A stretch of 63,120 nt of DNA, filler included, from Reclinomonas americana ATCC 50394 (lineage: Eukaryota): the NCBI GenBank assembly GCA_048213135.1. It is 6 parts of 4 records of this genome, joined end to end, with 100 filler letters (N's around TTAATTAATTAA, not from the genome) between each part and the next. Parts side by side here need not be neighbours in the genome. Positions count along the whole stretch, not along the records: positions 1 to 17,473 come from PS015126.1; 5 more parts are not named here. The stretch is one strand, 5' to 3'. The translations under genes and the position numbers were made by a program. A model generated the notes under the pieces. It worked only from the letters and a program-made list of their open reading frames with translations. It had not been told where the DNA came from and ran no database searches. Positions 1 through 14,400 of the stretch are shown here, one piece after another (the stretch's first letter is position 1; each line of letters starts with the position of its first letter).

Positions 1-182
1 TTGCACAACCTGAAACTGACAGCGATCACACAAGAGCACGACAATAACAAACAGTCAAGAGAGAGAGAGAGAGACAAGGCAACAGCGACAATCATCCAAT
101 AGGTCGTGATAAGAAAGAAATCATGATGAATTAATATAAAACACGGAGAAAATGCGACCAGTGCAGCAGTCGCGCATTCTCC

Positions 183-421
183 TCACCGTTGCCACCCATA
201 ATCATCCTCTTGATGCCCGATACTATCACACTCCACACAATGAGCATCGCAGCAAAAAAAAACGCGACACACAGAGAGCAAGAGAGACAGACGCACGTCT
301 TGTGCTCAATGACAAACACAGAGTCGCTGTTCTTCTGCAGAAGCAAGAGAGTGAGACGGAGAGAAAGAGAGAGAGAAAGACAGAGAGAGAAACGCACCGG
401 CTTGCCTCCTCCCGCGCCCAT
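183..421 (-). CDS. Putative 33-aa spliced microprotein with N-myristoylation-type start (MGAGGGKPKNSDSVFVIEHKTIGHQEDDYGWQR)
   Basis: Exons 421-398, 334-297, 222-183 joined by two GTGCGT..YAG introns of 63 and 74 nt give an open frame ending in TGA. A GTGAGG donor at 186 could instead extend the gene off the window. Confidence 0.55.
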
Positions 422-560
422 GTTTATGATCACTTGAGAGGACATCTTCTGTGCATTCTGCTCAAGTGGTGTTGTCGATGTTGAGAGTAAGCCCCTCTGA
501 AGACACACAGCCTCGAGACCAGGTCAAGGAAAAATGACTGTGAACGCCACGAGAAGGCCT

Positions 561-723
561 CGACGTCGACGCGTACGTCCACTGCACAGCGCCACAAAGA
601 TCTTCCACATAGCATAAGACGTCAGTGACGGCATCTATCTGTGCCACACACTTGTGCTTGTTCTACATAAGACTGCGCTGCATTTCACAGCAGGAGAAGT
701 CATCGACGTACGCGTCGACGTCG
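561..723. repeat. Perfect 19-bp inverted repeat (CGACGTCGACGCGTACGTC) with 125-bp spacer in a divergent intergenic region
   Basis: 561-579 is the exact reverse complement of 705-723; no obvious target-site duplication. Confidence 0.85.
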
Positions 724-854
724 CAACCCACCTATGCCACCGACGTTCTGCTCCGCGTTCCACATATCATTCGATAGCCTACCAAACACACCACCCGCAC
801 ACTGTGCAATCAGTGAAGCTCTCACACAGGACCGGCCATTTTTTAACATCAATC

Positions 855-1455
855 ATGTGCGCCAATCGCATTGTGGTGTCAGAGTACGGCGACCGCGCGT
901 ACTGGGAGGAGCGGTACCGTCGCGATCAGCACACGTCGAAGCACGTGTTTGAGTGGTACCCGTCGGCGTGCAGTGATGTGTTGAAGGTGGTTCGCGCGCG
1001 CTTTGGCGAGGATGATAAGGCGTGCAGGTGCAGGTGCTTGGATTTTGGGTGTGGGTCGTCGACGCTGCCGGAGCAGTTGTATGATGCGGGGTGTCGGCCG
1101 GTGGTGGCGGTGGATGTGTCGGAGGTGGTGGTGGAGCAGAAGCGCAAGGAGCAGGATGTGGAGAGGAGGAGTGAGTTGGTGTTTGAGGTGAGGAGGAGGT
1201 GGGGGAGGGGGTAGAGGGGGAGAGGGAGAGAGGGGGAGAGTGAGAGAGAGAGAGAGGAGGAGAGAGGAGGGGGAGGGGAGTGGGGAGGGGAAACGGAAGA
1301 GAGAGAGGTAGAGAGAGAAGAGATGAGAGGGAGACAGAGGGAGAGAGAGGGAGAGAGTGAGAGAGAGAGAGAAAGAGAGAAGGGGGAGGGAGAGGGACGG
1401 GGAGAGAGTGAGATAGATGACTGGTGCATAGCATCAGAAGCACATGAGAAACTGG

Positions 1456-1513
<58 letters not shown>

Positions 1514-1633
1514 GAGNNNNNNNNNNNNNNNNNNNNNNNNNNNNNNNNNNNNNNNNNNNNNNNNNNNNNNNNNNNNNNNNNNNNNNNNNNNNNNNNNNNN
1601 NNNNNNNNNNNNNNNNNNNNNNNNNNNNNNNNN

Positions 1634-1675
<42 letters not shown>

Positions 1676-2225
1676 TGGAGGGGGAGGGAGGGAGGGAGAG
1701 AGAGGGAAAGAGAAAGAGAAAGAGAGAGAGAACAGAGAGAGAGACACACACAAGACTGCAAGTTGCAGTCGGTTTCCCTTGCACTCCGTGGTGGTAGTCA
1801 CGCTTGCCCTCCTCGTTTTGCGTGCACGCAGGTCATGGAGGGCACCGACATGAGCGCCCTCGCCACCAGCTCGTTCGACCTCGTGGTCGACAAGGTGCGT
1901 GGCCGTGGTGGCTGTTCCTCATCGCCTCTCCTCCATCCTCTGACATTCGCCGCCGAGGCAGGGCACGCTAGATGCCATTGACTGCGCGGAGGATGAGATG
2001 GCGTCGAGTCGCGCGCTGTCCGAGATCCACCGCGTGCTCGACGCCTCCAATCCCAAGTGCTTGTACCTGTGCATTTCGTGTCGGCAGCCGGAGGTGCGCG
2101 TGCCGTTGCTGGAGGCCGGCTCGTTTGTGGTTGAGTCGCAGACGCCGGTGTGGGATCCGCGGGATCCGAGGGCGCCGGTGCCGAGTGCGTATATCTATTG
2201 TTGTGTGCCGAGGGGGGTGGAGTAG
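855..2225 (+). CDS. Class I SAM-dependent methyltransferase, EEF1AKMT4/METTL13 N-terminal-like (3 exons)
   Basis: YGDRAYWEERY, FEWY, LDFGCGSS, VDVSEVVV and spliced FDLVVDK|GTLDAI motifs; GT-AG introns starting at 1188 and 1895; TAG at 2225. Confidence 0.85.
1459..1670. repeat. (GA)n microsatellite flanking an N gap, inside methyltransferase intron 1
   Basis: Direct reading. Confidence 0.9.
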
Positions 2226-2427
2226 GCGAGGATGGCGATTGCTGCATTATGGCAATAGATGTGATATCGGTAACTGCAGTGAGCAGCATCGTTGTGATAG
2301 GAGAAAGAATGTTCAGTCTTTGCTAGGGTCGGTCTCGGCAAGGTCCGAATCAATGATTCAGCTTCATTTTGATGAGACGAAAGGAGCGCAGGAAAGGAAT
2401 TGGCAGCCGACTGATGGCGGCCACAGC

Positions 2428-5400
2428 TCACGGTGGCGCCGCAGCTGTGTCCGACCTAGAATTCAGGTGGCGACTGTGACTGACAAGACCACCGCCAGCA
2501 TTTTCAAGGACAGTTTGGAATTGCTCGAAAGTGGCATTCAGCTGCACTTCGTCCAACGACCGATCCACGCGACTCTTGTCTGCGTCAACAACACGGGCCA
2601 ACGCCTCCATGGGGGCCAGCCCACCACCGTCGTTACCGAAAAGGATGCAGAACACGTACAGTGAACGACTGCAATTTGCAGAGCGCACTCGAAGTAAGAA
2701 GTAAATCAAGGTTTGCAACTCGAACGAACTTCGGATACTCTGTTGACCAACAACGTACCCTTGCGTTTGCGCATGTCGAGCGATGGCTTGTAACTCAGCG
2801 ACACCCCCGCTACCGCAGCCGTCGCTGAGAAACACGATAACTGGCGTGAGCGGGAGCTGATCGAAATCTTGAAGAATATCGCGAGCCATCGAGAGACCCT
2901 GCGCATATATCAGCTCATCAGTGACTTGCTAGGCAATGGAAACCGGAGCGAGAGCGCACACTCAACAACGGAAAAGTTTGTCCCGCCGCCAGGCAAGTGA
3001 TTACGAACAAGCGACACGATGCGACCTGGGTCCGGTGGTTCAACCTCAAATATCGATTGGGCACCGCCGTTGAATAGCACCAGTGAGTATCGGTCCGTCG
3101 GGAAGGTCCGAGATCGGCGATCAACGAAGCGGTAAACGGCTTCGTACACGGAGCCAAGACGATTTCCCAGTCCCTGCAGAGATATCGTCCATGTACAGCA
3201 GGAAGACGCGACTGTTGTTACAAACTCCGTCGAACGCAGTTGTGTGACAGTTATTGGGTGCACTTAATGCTGACCTGAATGCCGACAAACGGCGGGTATA
3301 GCGGTTTGCAGTCCTGTGCTTCCATTGAGCCTGACCGATCTACAACGAAAACGCTTCGCATGTAACAGTAAGGCATAAAACGTCGTCAGCCTCCACAGTA
3401 AATGCACACGTACACGTGGATAGCGCCAACTCCCTTCTGGGGGTGAGTGCAAGCGAAAGCATGCCCGTCTGATGCAAACAGCGCTCCTGGTGGCAGCGGG
3501 TCACCACGCCCAAGTGGCTGGTGCCAGACAGGAAGGATGCAATACGATGGTTCATGCGGAGTGGATTCGTCACCACTGTGACTCGGGTGACCGCACTTGC
3601 ACGAACACAACGCAAAATTGCGCTGATCGTCAGTTGATGTTGGATCCTTCCACCCAAGCTTGCGCCAGTATGCTGAGGATGACCTGCTCAGTTCAGAAAC
3701 ATCAACCACGAACCACGTTTAAGTGCATCTTACCCTCGTGAGTGAGCTCATCCTTGGGAACATCTGCGTGAACCAACAGTCTGCGTTATGCGCATTCTCA
3801 AATGGCAAGAACTGCATAGTACTGTGAACCTGGATCAGGCTCATATCGTCTGGTCTCATGGCGAGCACCAGGGAAAACCGCAATTGAACAACTTTCAGCT
3901 TCGTCCGCTGCGCCTTCGCAATATATCAAGTGCTGATGGCCCCTTCCAAGACGACGGCAATGCATGTCTGGAGATCATAATGCGTACTCAATAATGATAC
4001 GTCACATGCACAACGCTGGCGACTAAGATCTCCGAATAAAAACTACAAACCGCACATCTCGGCTTCTCCGGACTCGCCAGATCCATAAATGCGATCTCCA
4101 ACGACAAAACGCTGGAAGAAGCATTGTAAGCAGGCAGCTCAATAGGTACACGAAAGCCGACACAAAGCAAACGCACATCAGTATCAGTTGCCGTCGCGAC
4201 TATATGCTCCCGCATATTGCCGTGTGCAGTTTCGTGCAAAGGATCTTGGTGGGCGTACTCCAGACGGCAGACGTAGTTGCATCCAGGGCACCGCTGATGA
4301 CTGCAGAACAAGCGAAAATAGTCAGGAAGAAGCACCAATCTCAGCGCTCTTCTTAGACGCATACCAGTAGTGAACGGCCGTCGAGCTCAAGGTGCAAATG
4401 CAATCGCCGTCGTGGCTCATCTGACCGGCAGGAATGGTGACAGCACACTCTTTCTTTCGACCGTTCTGATTCGTGACAATCTCATACTCGAAGTTAGAGA
4501 AGCGTCCGACAAAGTGCCGTGTTTCCTTCTCCATAACTGTACATCATTGAGCTCGAGGAGTGGTCCATGCAGACCACACGAAGAAAACTCACCAGCAACG
4601 ATTTCACAAATTCCTGGGTGCGCACAGATCTGCGGGCACACATGCTCATGGCCGCACAGGTGGTGGTCACCTGGCGAGTCCACCACATGGAAATGGTTGT
4701 CCGACACGCAGCGACGGTTGCAGCCGAGAGGGCATTTCACCGGGCATGTGCGATCTTGGCACACGTGCCGATCGTGCGGGCCCTCCACGATGGATACGAT
4801 ACACTTGCCAAGGCAACCCTCAAGCGAACAGTCCGCTGACCGTCGAATGCAATGTTAGCTCTCATCAGCAATGACACGAGGCAAATCAGTCTCACCTCCA
4901 CAGAGATGGTTGGCCAGTGGAACATTGCAAATGTGCTCAAGGTCGCCGGTGTCCTACGAAAACGGGGAGACGTAAGAATTGCACCCACCTGCACAACAAG
5001 TGTGCGCACTCTGAATCTGCACCTCGTGTCGCGCAGGCTTCGAACACCGCTTTTGGCAGCCTGCACAATTGATGTGGTTGCATTCCATCTGGCACGTGTG
5101 GTCACGCATCCAACAGTTATGGGGTCCAGCGTGACCAGCCTTGTCAGCACAGCGAATGGCATCACGACTGGAGGACCACAGGCGTGATGAGCAAGAATCG
5201 AGTCGCACACATCTCGGTGGCAAAACGAACGCACCCGACGTGTCCATGCATGTGATCTGCGGAGGCAAGATGATCTTTAGCCTCTGCACCAGTTGCCGAG
5301 CCACCAGCCGGTTGACCATTTTCGTCACCGTGCTCCTCATCGTCCACGTGAAGTTCAAACACCTCAGCGGCGCAGAAATCGCAAACGTGTCCGCAGCAGT

Positions 5401-8400
5401 GATCACCCGAGCAAGAATGATCCCCGGCGTGCCCGCGCTGCTCGAGGCATCCATAATAGCACCTGCGCACGGAACGTGCAATAACAAGATGAACAGATCA
5501 ACTGGAAACCGTAGCAAAGCAATACAACCGACTCACTGACTGCAACAAGCCAGACAAAGGACAAAGCTCGAGAGCATCACCGTGGACATGTTGCTGAACT
5601 CGTTCGTCACTCGGTCGCATTCAGCCTTGAAGTTATCCACGAAGTCAGCCAAATTCTTTTCCAGCCAATGCTGAACACGACCCAAGCGGTGGCGGACGAC
5701 GATATCTGCGAAGCATGACTGAGCGAGTGATTTTGCAAGACGTGAGAATATTGTAACAACCTAGCAGCTGTTGGAAACCCTTCGCCCACATATTGTGGTT
5801 CGAGTGAGAGCGATGCGAAACAAGAGCCTCGAAGACTTCGCGAATCGGCTCGGTGACTTGAGCAAATGATCGATAGCCTTCAGGTGCCGCTGCGCGAGAA
5901 CTGAGTGACACGCAGTCGAGATTGATCGTGGAATCGAGGAGTGGGAATTCCACTGGAATATCAGCATCATCATCTTCATCGCCTGCACGGAAAAATTATC
6001 TCGTCATGTAGAGAAGCAAACCGACAACACACAGAAGCGATTGAAGAAGGTCACCTGCAATGCCCAATTGTCGGCGAGTAATGATGAAACTTGAGTCCTC
6101 AACATTTTCGCCTGTGTCCAACAACATAAGCGGCGAAGAGTCCATCGTCGAGTCAGTCGGATCCAAGAGGCGGCCATACACCAACGCGACACACAGCTGT
6201 GCACTTAGCATCTCCGTCTGGAGTCCAGCGCGTTAACCACTGGCACAATCGCGAACAAGACGTGCCCCGCCTCCAACTTACCCGCACTCGCGCCAACTGA
6301 TTGTCAGCTGAGTTCCAGTCCTTCACGGCCACTGATCATGATTGCATGTACAGGAGTAGTAGTAAATCATCACAATGCACAGTGCAAAAACAACTCTCTG
6401 AAGGCACACACAAACCTTTTGCCATGAGCAGCGTGAGCGCTTCGCGGAATCGGCGCCCGCCCTCAAAGGATGGTGGCAGAGTTCGAATCGACTCCCCGAG
6501 GTCTATCATGTCGTCGTCTGTGTACGAGCAAAGAGAAGCGAATCAGGGACACGAGAGAGCACTGGAGAGAAACATACTACCAATGACTCACAAAAACCAA
6601 CAGAGCCAAGTGGAGAAAACATAACGATGTTAACACGTCCGCCGTACATCTAATCGAAAGCAGATGTTATTCCTGAATGGTCGCCTGCATAGCACTGCAT
6701 TTTGCTCAATTCGCACCGTTGTGAGGAAATCGTCATCATCTTCGTCAGTGACAATCGGTCTGAGCTTCTCGACAAACTCGCTGCCAACATCGCCGGCGTC
6801 GCTCATCGGCACGTCGCGAACGATTATAGTGAGTTGCCCCTGCGCACAATCGTGTGACTGATTTTGCGAATATGCACTAGTACTGGAGGATTGCTAAACC
6901 AACCTTGAAAAACTGCCCACTTTGTTCCTTCTGCATGTACTTTGATCCGACCTGGAATCGTTTGAACGTGCTGGCGGTATCCTTGTCGAACCTCCATTCC
7001 GTTTTGAACAACTGCGACAGTCCAGCAGCAGTCATGATCACCTTGTAAACAAGAAGGAAATTTTGAGAACGCAACTGTGGCGTTCGAGATCGCCGCATTG
7101 AACACGGAGAGCAAAACGTCTTCCTGCTCAGTGCGCTCGAAAGAACCAAGTCCCTCGAAGTCCATGATCACGTACAGTTCTCCGCTGAGTTGCGGCGACA
7201 ATTATGTAAGATTTAAGCATGGAAACAGAGCAGGAAACAGCAACCACGCACACACAATACGCAACTTGAACTTACGCGTGGTCATCCACACACCGTCCGT
7301 GCAGCGGGCTCCGGATATGTCGAAGAGTGCGCCGGTCAAATGATTCAGCCTGTGCTTCGCGATACAACGAATCAGAGCTCTGTTTCACAAGGAAGAATGA
7401 CAGCCATTGCGTAACATGTAGCTCTTTCCCGTACTCTGCTTGCCCATGGAAGAAATGACCTTGATCGGACCCGTCCAAGCCTGCAAGATCGCCTCGTATG
7501 GCCCGAAGCGAATGGTGCGCATGACATCTTGCAAGTGGCTAACAGTTGACAGCTGATTGCTGGCACGGAAGCCATCAGAGTACAAGTTGAAGGCATTGCG
7601 CTCCGCACGAGCGATCTGGATAGGAACGAGCGACACCAAGAGCTCAACGATCTCCAACAATGTGCGAGGAGGCCCACTAGCCACGTGCTGGAGGTTTGCC
7701 ATCGTGAGTCAACGGATCACAATAAACAAGACTTAACAATCAAATCACCTGGTTGAAAGAAACTCGGAGGCTGGAGAACGGTCGACACTCAATTCGAGGG
7801 TCAAGGCGATCAAAGTCTTTTTTCGTCTCATCCTGAAGTTGACGCAGTACAGCATGTGCATCTACGACAGGCGACTCAGTTGAGCACCGGGAGTGTTCTC
7901 GATAGGGTATCACGCAACATTGAGTCATCCGCGTGGCTTTGTCGCGGAATTCTGTTTCGACAGTGTCAAGATAAAAAATGCAGCGCAAAAGAGCACGTTG
8001 AGGCGACATGGAGGGCTGTACGGCATAGCGCTCGAAAATAGCTGCAAAAAAGTGAGCACGAAAGCGCGTACATATGCACGCCAACAACAGCATTTCGAAT
8101 ACCATGGAGATACACAAGCAAAGGATTGGCTTGAGCAATCTCTTCTTTATCTCCGCGCCCAGGAGCATTGGCTACTTGGAGTTGTCTGAATCCAACACAA
8201 GTTACGAGCTTCAGCTTCAGCAAACGATTTAAGCACCCAGCGGACGTGTGTAACCTTCGTTTCTCCTCTGACTGGATGTCAACGCGGCGTGCGGTCCACT
8301 GCTTCACCCCTGACACTGAGACTTCCACGGCAACAAGAAACATAGTGTCTTCCACGACGCACAACTGCAATGTAGAGACAGAGGAGTCATCAACGAAATT

Positions 8401-11400
8401 GTTGTCTGCAGCTGTCCACATTCTCAAGATACTTACGTTAAGAGAATCGATGTCTACACCTGAACTCATTTCAATCGGCGAGAGGATGCGCCGAGAAGAA
8501 ATGACAATTGGATCCACAAAAACAGCATCACTGTGAAAATACTGGCCATCTTGAGACCCTTGATCGTCGCTCTCCGCCACAGGCGCTGCTGCAGCAGCTG
8601 CAGGTGCTGATGCATTGTCGGTGCTGGCAACTGAACTCGATTCGGAACACTTCACGCAAAGCATAGGCGAGTGAGATGCACAGGGTTGACAAGCGGCAAA
8701 CAATACTGTCGTACAGATACCTCTCCTTCTCCAGAAGCAGACGACTCCACCCGCTGATGCACTCGTCGTACGACGAAGAGCACCACTCCATCAGGTGACA
8801 CAAGACGCTTCTCTCCTGTGCAGAAATAATAACAAGGAAAGGTAAGTATCACACAACGGCAATCGGAGAACTAAAGTTGCGTAAAGCCAACCGAAAGGCA
8901 TGAGCTGCCATTGTTTCAACACAAGTAGCTGGCGCTGAGTAATGTCTGTGCATGTGGAATAAAAGTGAGGAGAACGGAAAAACCACCCAAAATGACTACC
9001 AACTCGCCGTAGACATGAACGAAGTGATTCTAGAAGAAGTATCGCTCGGCATCAGCACTTCCCAAAAGAACGCTGCACACGCAAACATTACGCGTACCTC
9101 ATCGACAAGGAGCAACTGATTCTTCTTGGGTACAAGTAGCATGTCGATTAACGTTGATCGACTGCGACCGAGAGACTGTTCGAGTTGTATCTGCCCTCCC
9201 TTTTGTAGCTCAGAAAACGATTCGTTGAAGTGGTAAATGTCCACCTGCGCGAGGTGAACGTCGAGAGCCAGATCTGAACAACTTGCGACATACAGTGACA
9301 AGAGTAATGTGCTCACCCTTCGAACTTCGGCAGAATGGACAACCAATGACCGAGAGCTCTCGTCAAAGGCTAGGAACCCGGGCTTCTGAAGGTTGAGGCG
9401 ACGGCACGTTCGTTTCGTCGCCAGGTCTGAGCCCTTCCCCCAATAGATGGCGACAATTCCGATGTCCGGCTCTTCAACAACCACCAAATACCTTTCTTGC
9501 CCGAGTGCGTGGAACAACCTTAATGAACAATGAACATGAGTAATCTCTGAGAGAAAATGCAATAGGTCATCTCACTGCGAAGGACTGCCTCTTACCGAAG
9601 GCGATGCTGGTCAGCAATTTCGATTCTTGGAGTGTCAACGTGTTCATCGCGAAGCATCTCTGCCGCAAGCTGTGGCCGCCATACGGCAGTGGCGTCGTGG
9701 CGAAGTGCGTCCGCCTCTTCCTTTCGTAAGCGCAATGGGATGTGCTTGTAAAGCACTCGCCGACCGATTCGCTCTTCATACGAGTAGGTGAACTTCAGCA
9801 ATTGACCGAGACGCGCGGCTGTAAAATAGCAGCCGAGTAGTAAGCGGCAAACGCAACAGACAACGAAAGGAGAAGCACCCGAACCACTTAAGTCTGGCGA
9901 TCCGGGATAACTGTATCCGGATTGGCGCTGGAAATGAGCGTCGATACTGACAATCCAGAGGCCAGGAGTCCTAGTGCTCGTATACAAGAACCGTAAGCAA
10001 CTGGCAGTGGAAGGAATGACCAAAAGTTGTAGATGTACGTACGGTGCTAAATTCGCCGAGTCCTGACGGAGTGGAGAGAGATCTGACAGCACCTGAGCAA
10101 GCTCGTGCAGAGTGTGAGATAGATCGCGATCCTTCTCCTCCGTCGCTTCCCGAAGTAGCAGCTGCAGCCGGTCCATCTCCAAAGCGTATTGCTGATGTCG
10201 CACGCTGCGACTTGCAGACAACAGAATTTCCACTCCGCGATCCATCACGTCACGTAAGTGGCGTTCCCGAAGGGTGGCATACTGCAGTGCATATCACACA
10301 GCATACATGAGCGAAAACAAGAATACCAGTAAATCTGCACCTATGTCAATTGTGACTCGTATACGATCGTAACTTGTCCGAGAAAGTCGATGTTGCGGAC
10401 AGCTTGCCGATCATCCCAGTTTGAGGCTACTCGCCGAATTTCCTGCTCGAGGTCACCTCGAGTGGGAAGATCTGAGAAAACGTTCAACCGCCAGGCGGTG
10501 CACTTGTTCTTGAGAACATCCATCGACCTGTTCTTCCTGAAGATCTTGGCTGACAATGACTGCTTTTTCATCCTGTCAGAGCGAAACGAAGGGACGAGCC
10601 GTTGAACAGCTTTGTGGAGTTGCAGCCTCTCACGAAGAGGCCGGCACTGCCAGACGGCATGCAATGAGCACAATATCACCGCCAACGCAACTCGACAGAA
10701 GCCAACTACCTCAGCAGCAAGTCGATCACGCACTTCTCGCATAATCTCATTCAGTTGATCGGCGTGCTCAGGGGAAAGGGAAGCGTGTCCTAATGTTGTC
10801 ACAAAGAGTTAAACAACTTGGCAGAGGAGGCTGTTTAGCAACAGATTATGAAGCGCAAACCCTCTGCAGCCTGCTGTAGCCACGTGATCTCACCCAAGAT
10901 ACCAATTTTGACGGATTCTGGGGTGTTGCACGGACGGTCGTGAACGCGGCACGGGATCTGCAGAAAGAACAAATTGAGTCGCCCGCAAGGCTCATGCAGT
11001 AGATGTCTTGCTCGAGAGCACTTACAAAGCGGTGCCCCTGTCGTCGGTGACTATCGAAACAGGACGCGCAGACGAGGTGGCCACAAACGAGGCGAAACGC
11101 GACGACCCACATACTGTAAGAGTCAAGCGACGGCCCATCGTCGGCAATTGCTACGAAAATACGGCAACGTGAGACAAAAGAGTAAGACATTTCTGACCCG
11201 ACGCGGCAACTCGACAAGGTCTGCAGTGTACGCAACTCTTCTGGCACCCTTGGCAACGCTCAGTTGAAAGACGCTTGACAAGAGAGACTTCTTCCCTGTG
11301 AACGAGTCGATGCTTATGAAAGCACATTACGAAAGCAAGCACGCGCCCACACTCAACTGCAAGGGCTGAATATGCAACAAATGATGCATAAATGCGAGCT

Positions 11401-14400
11401 CGACTTGCTGTTCCGCCAGTTTGCGTTCTTCAGCTTCGGCGGCTGCGGAGACACGCTCTGCGTCGCGTCGGCCATCCGCAACAGTTTTCATCGCGAGTGC
11501 GAACGAGTTGACTGCCTACAACGCAGTTAACAAATGCACAGGTGACGATGCTACACAGCCAACACGTGTACGAAACTTGCTCGAATCCGGTCTTGATAAC
11601 TCGGACCCTGTCGGCCAGACAGCTCTCCAAGTGCTGCGGGGCGTACGCATACGTACTGTGCTCCTTGAACAGCAGCGCATCACAGAGTCGCCTGATGCTG
11701 GTCACATCAATAGCAGTGTCGATTTGAATGCCGTAGTTCTTGACAACCATCCCTTTCAGCCATTCGATGACTTTGCTTTCCCTGCAGACGCATCTCATGA
11801 GCACCAAGACACAAAAATTTGTCATCGACATAAACACGTACCGCATTTCGCTCTGATCGGAATGTCTGTGGGTCCTCGGCTCCAAATACTTGTGGGCAAG
11901 AACTCCAAGGCTTCGAGTGCTCGACGGCAAGCTGAACTCGTAAGAGAGTGCAGAGTGTAACGCCGTCGAACCCGTGACGTCGTCAATCTGCACTGAATCG
12001 TGCTTAACACTCAATGTCGTGTTGCGAAGTTCCACAACCCGGCGACTGCGCTGCGACGATGCACGTGTGGGAATGTCGCACTGCCCAGACTGTACAAGAG
12101 ATTGTGCGACATTAACTCGTGACAGTAGCGCACAATTGGTGGCTATTTAACGGGGACGCACCAGAGTCTCGTCGAAGAGGAGACACAACTCGTCAGAGAG
12201 TTCGAACAAGTATCGAACAAAGCGGCTGAACTTGTGTTTCGCAGAAGGTTCTGACATGGCAGTCTTGCTGGGCCACAGAAATACCGCACACTCCGTCCGC
12301 GAGAGCATAGTGCCATACAGTCCAGGAACGCGATCAGATCTACAGCGTTCAACAGAGTCGAATGAATGTGAGAAAAATGAAATAGAATGAACGATATGAT
12401 TACGACAAACCCGTCAGTTGTGCTGGCATCTGCGAACTCGCAGCCAAGCTCACTAATGGCCTTCAGCAATGCTGGCTCAGTGCCATAGTAACCAACGACG
12501 CGTATCGGCAGTTCACTGGCGGGTGCGTCATGGAAGAGTCCCTCCAAGCTGAGCACAGGCGAAGGTCGCTGCAGAGCCATCCCAGCCAGTACACCGAGGC
12601 CTTGCACATCGACTGCTGTTTTCTCCACTGCGTGCACACGAATATATGAGCCCATTAACGATAAACCCACGCAACAATACATACCGAGCGACTCATCGAC
12701 GACATCTTCGCGTGACAGAATGAGTGGAACAAGAAGAAGGCGAGGCGAGGGATTCATCGCTGCGCTTGACGAATGGACATCAGCTGATGGGCTTGGCAAC
12801 CGCGGACAGGGCTGAATGGTGCGCAATTTCAACAAAGAGTTCAACTTGACTTGCAAGACACAACGCTGCAAACCTTGTAGGCGTCCTCAGACGCTGGCGG
12901 AGTCTGCGATCACGAACGACATGTGGGTAAGGGCAGCACGAAATAAGAGCATCAAAGCACGCGAACCTCGTCAATTCTTGCAAGAGAGAAATCAGCAGCA
13001 GATACCGCTACCGCAGGCTGTAGGAACAGATGCGTCAATAGATACATCATTATCACAGCAACGAACAAAAAACAGTCGCAGCTGACCTCAACCAGCACTT
13101 CAGAGTGCTCACCAACTGGCGACCCAGACCCAGGAGCCATTGCGCTGAGCACTGACGCATCTGCGAGATGAAGTGATTCATGCTCCGACACATTTGACGA
13201 GTCGGCCGCAGCAACTGCACTTGACGCGACCGACAGTTCGAGATGCGATTCCATTGGTAAAGGTACCGGCGCTGGCGTGGATATCGCCTCGAGAATAGGC
13301 GCCTCAGTCCGCGGAGCAGGACCATTGAATTCAACACTGCAAATTGCCGTTTAGGCTTGCAGTGAGATTCAACATTTGCCACATCCATAAAAGTTGTAAA
13401 GCACCACACACGTTTGCGGAATGCGTACAAGAAGTGCCATCGCCGAGTCAGTGGTTGATTGCACTACAACAGGGACTGCCGAATCGACGGCAACGGAACT
13501 GGCAGGTACAGCACTGTTGTATAGTGTGAGCGCAAAGATGGCAGTGTCATAACTCATCGCAAGCGCCATACCTCGCCGACAGTGACGCGACGAAGGGAGC
13601 GCTTGCAGCTGCTGCTGCTGAGACGAAGGTGGCCGAAAGAGAGGCTGAACCGTCGATGCCAAGGTCGCCGAGTTCAAACTCGGCGTCGTCCAGGTCAATC
13701 ATAACGCCATCATCGGGATCGTCAATAACCAGTTCAAGTCCAGTGATTTGGACATCTGAGAGTTTCAGCGTGTTTGCAACTCGCCTGCTGAGGGCAACGA
13801 GCAGCTCAGCGAGCGTCATGCCGGCGTGGACAGCTGGAATCCGTGTGGACTTGCCAACACTTGGTAGCTTCACATCAAGCACGAATTTGCGGCCATGAAA
13901 ACCAGAGACTGAATTCACACTGGCGCCTGTTGAAGAAGCTGGAGCAGCAGCCGTTGCACTGGGAGCGAAGGCAACTGGTGACGGCGGTAAGGGAGTCATC
14001 ACACTTGTCACCACCATCTGCGGGTGCGGCAGTCAAGCCAGCTGCGCGCGCAGCAACTGTGTTGCTCAAGGGGCAAGTAAGAGGCAACATACCTGCTCTG
14101 CAGCACCAGCAGCAGACGACGACAAGTCGGAGTCCGGCATGCAAGGAGGCGAGTTGACAAGAACCTGTTACAAGTGTCTGTCACTCGGCAGAAGAAACTG
14201 GCAGAGTGTGACGAGGGAGTACCTCCTTCATTGCATCGTTGTCCTCAGCAGAATGTGAGCCTGCCGGGGCGGAGGCATTCGACATCAACTGCAGAAGGAA
14301 GTAAGCAAATGTCAATATTCCACTCCGTGAACAGGAGAAGATGCAGCACTCACAACAGAAGGTGGCGACGGCAGACTGAAAGTCGGCGGCGACCGCAGCA

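Noticed and set aside
853-1853. Long ORFs of SLSL/ERER/HTHT/CVCV type and ORFs spanning X runs (also 25.0-25.8, 58.6-59.4, 60.5-61.3 kb)
   Set aside because: Translations of microsatellites and N gaps inside introns.
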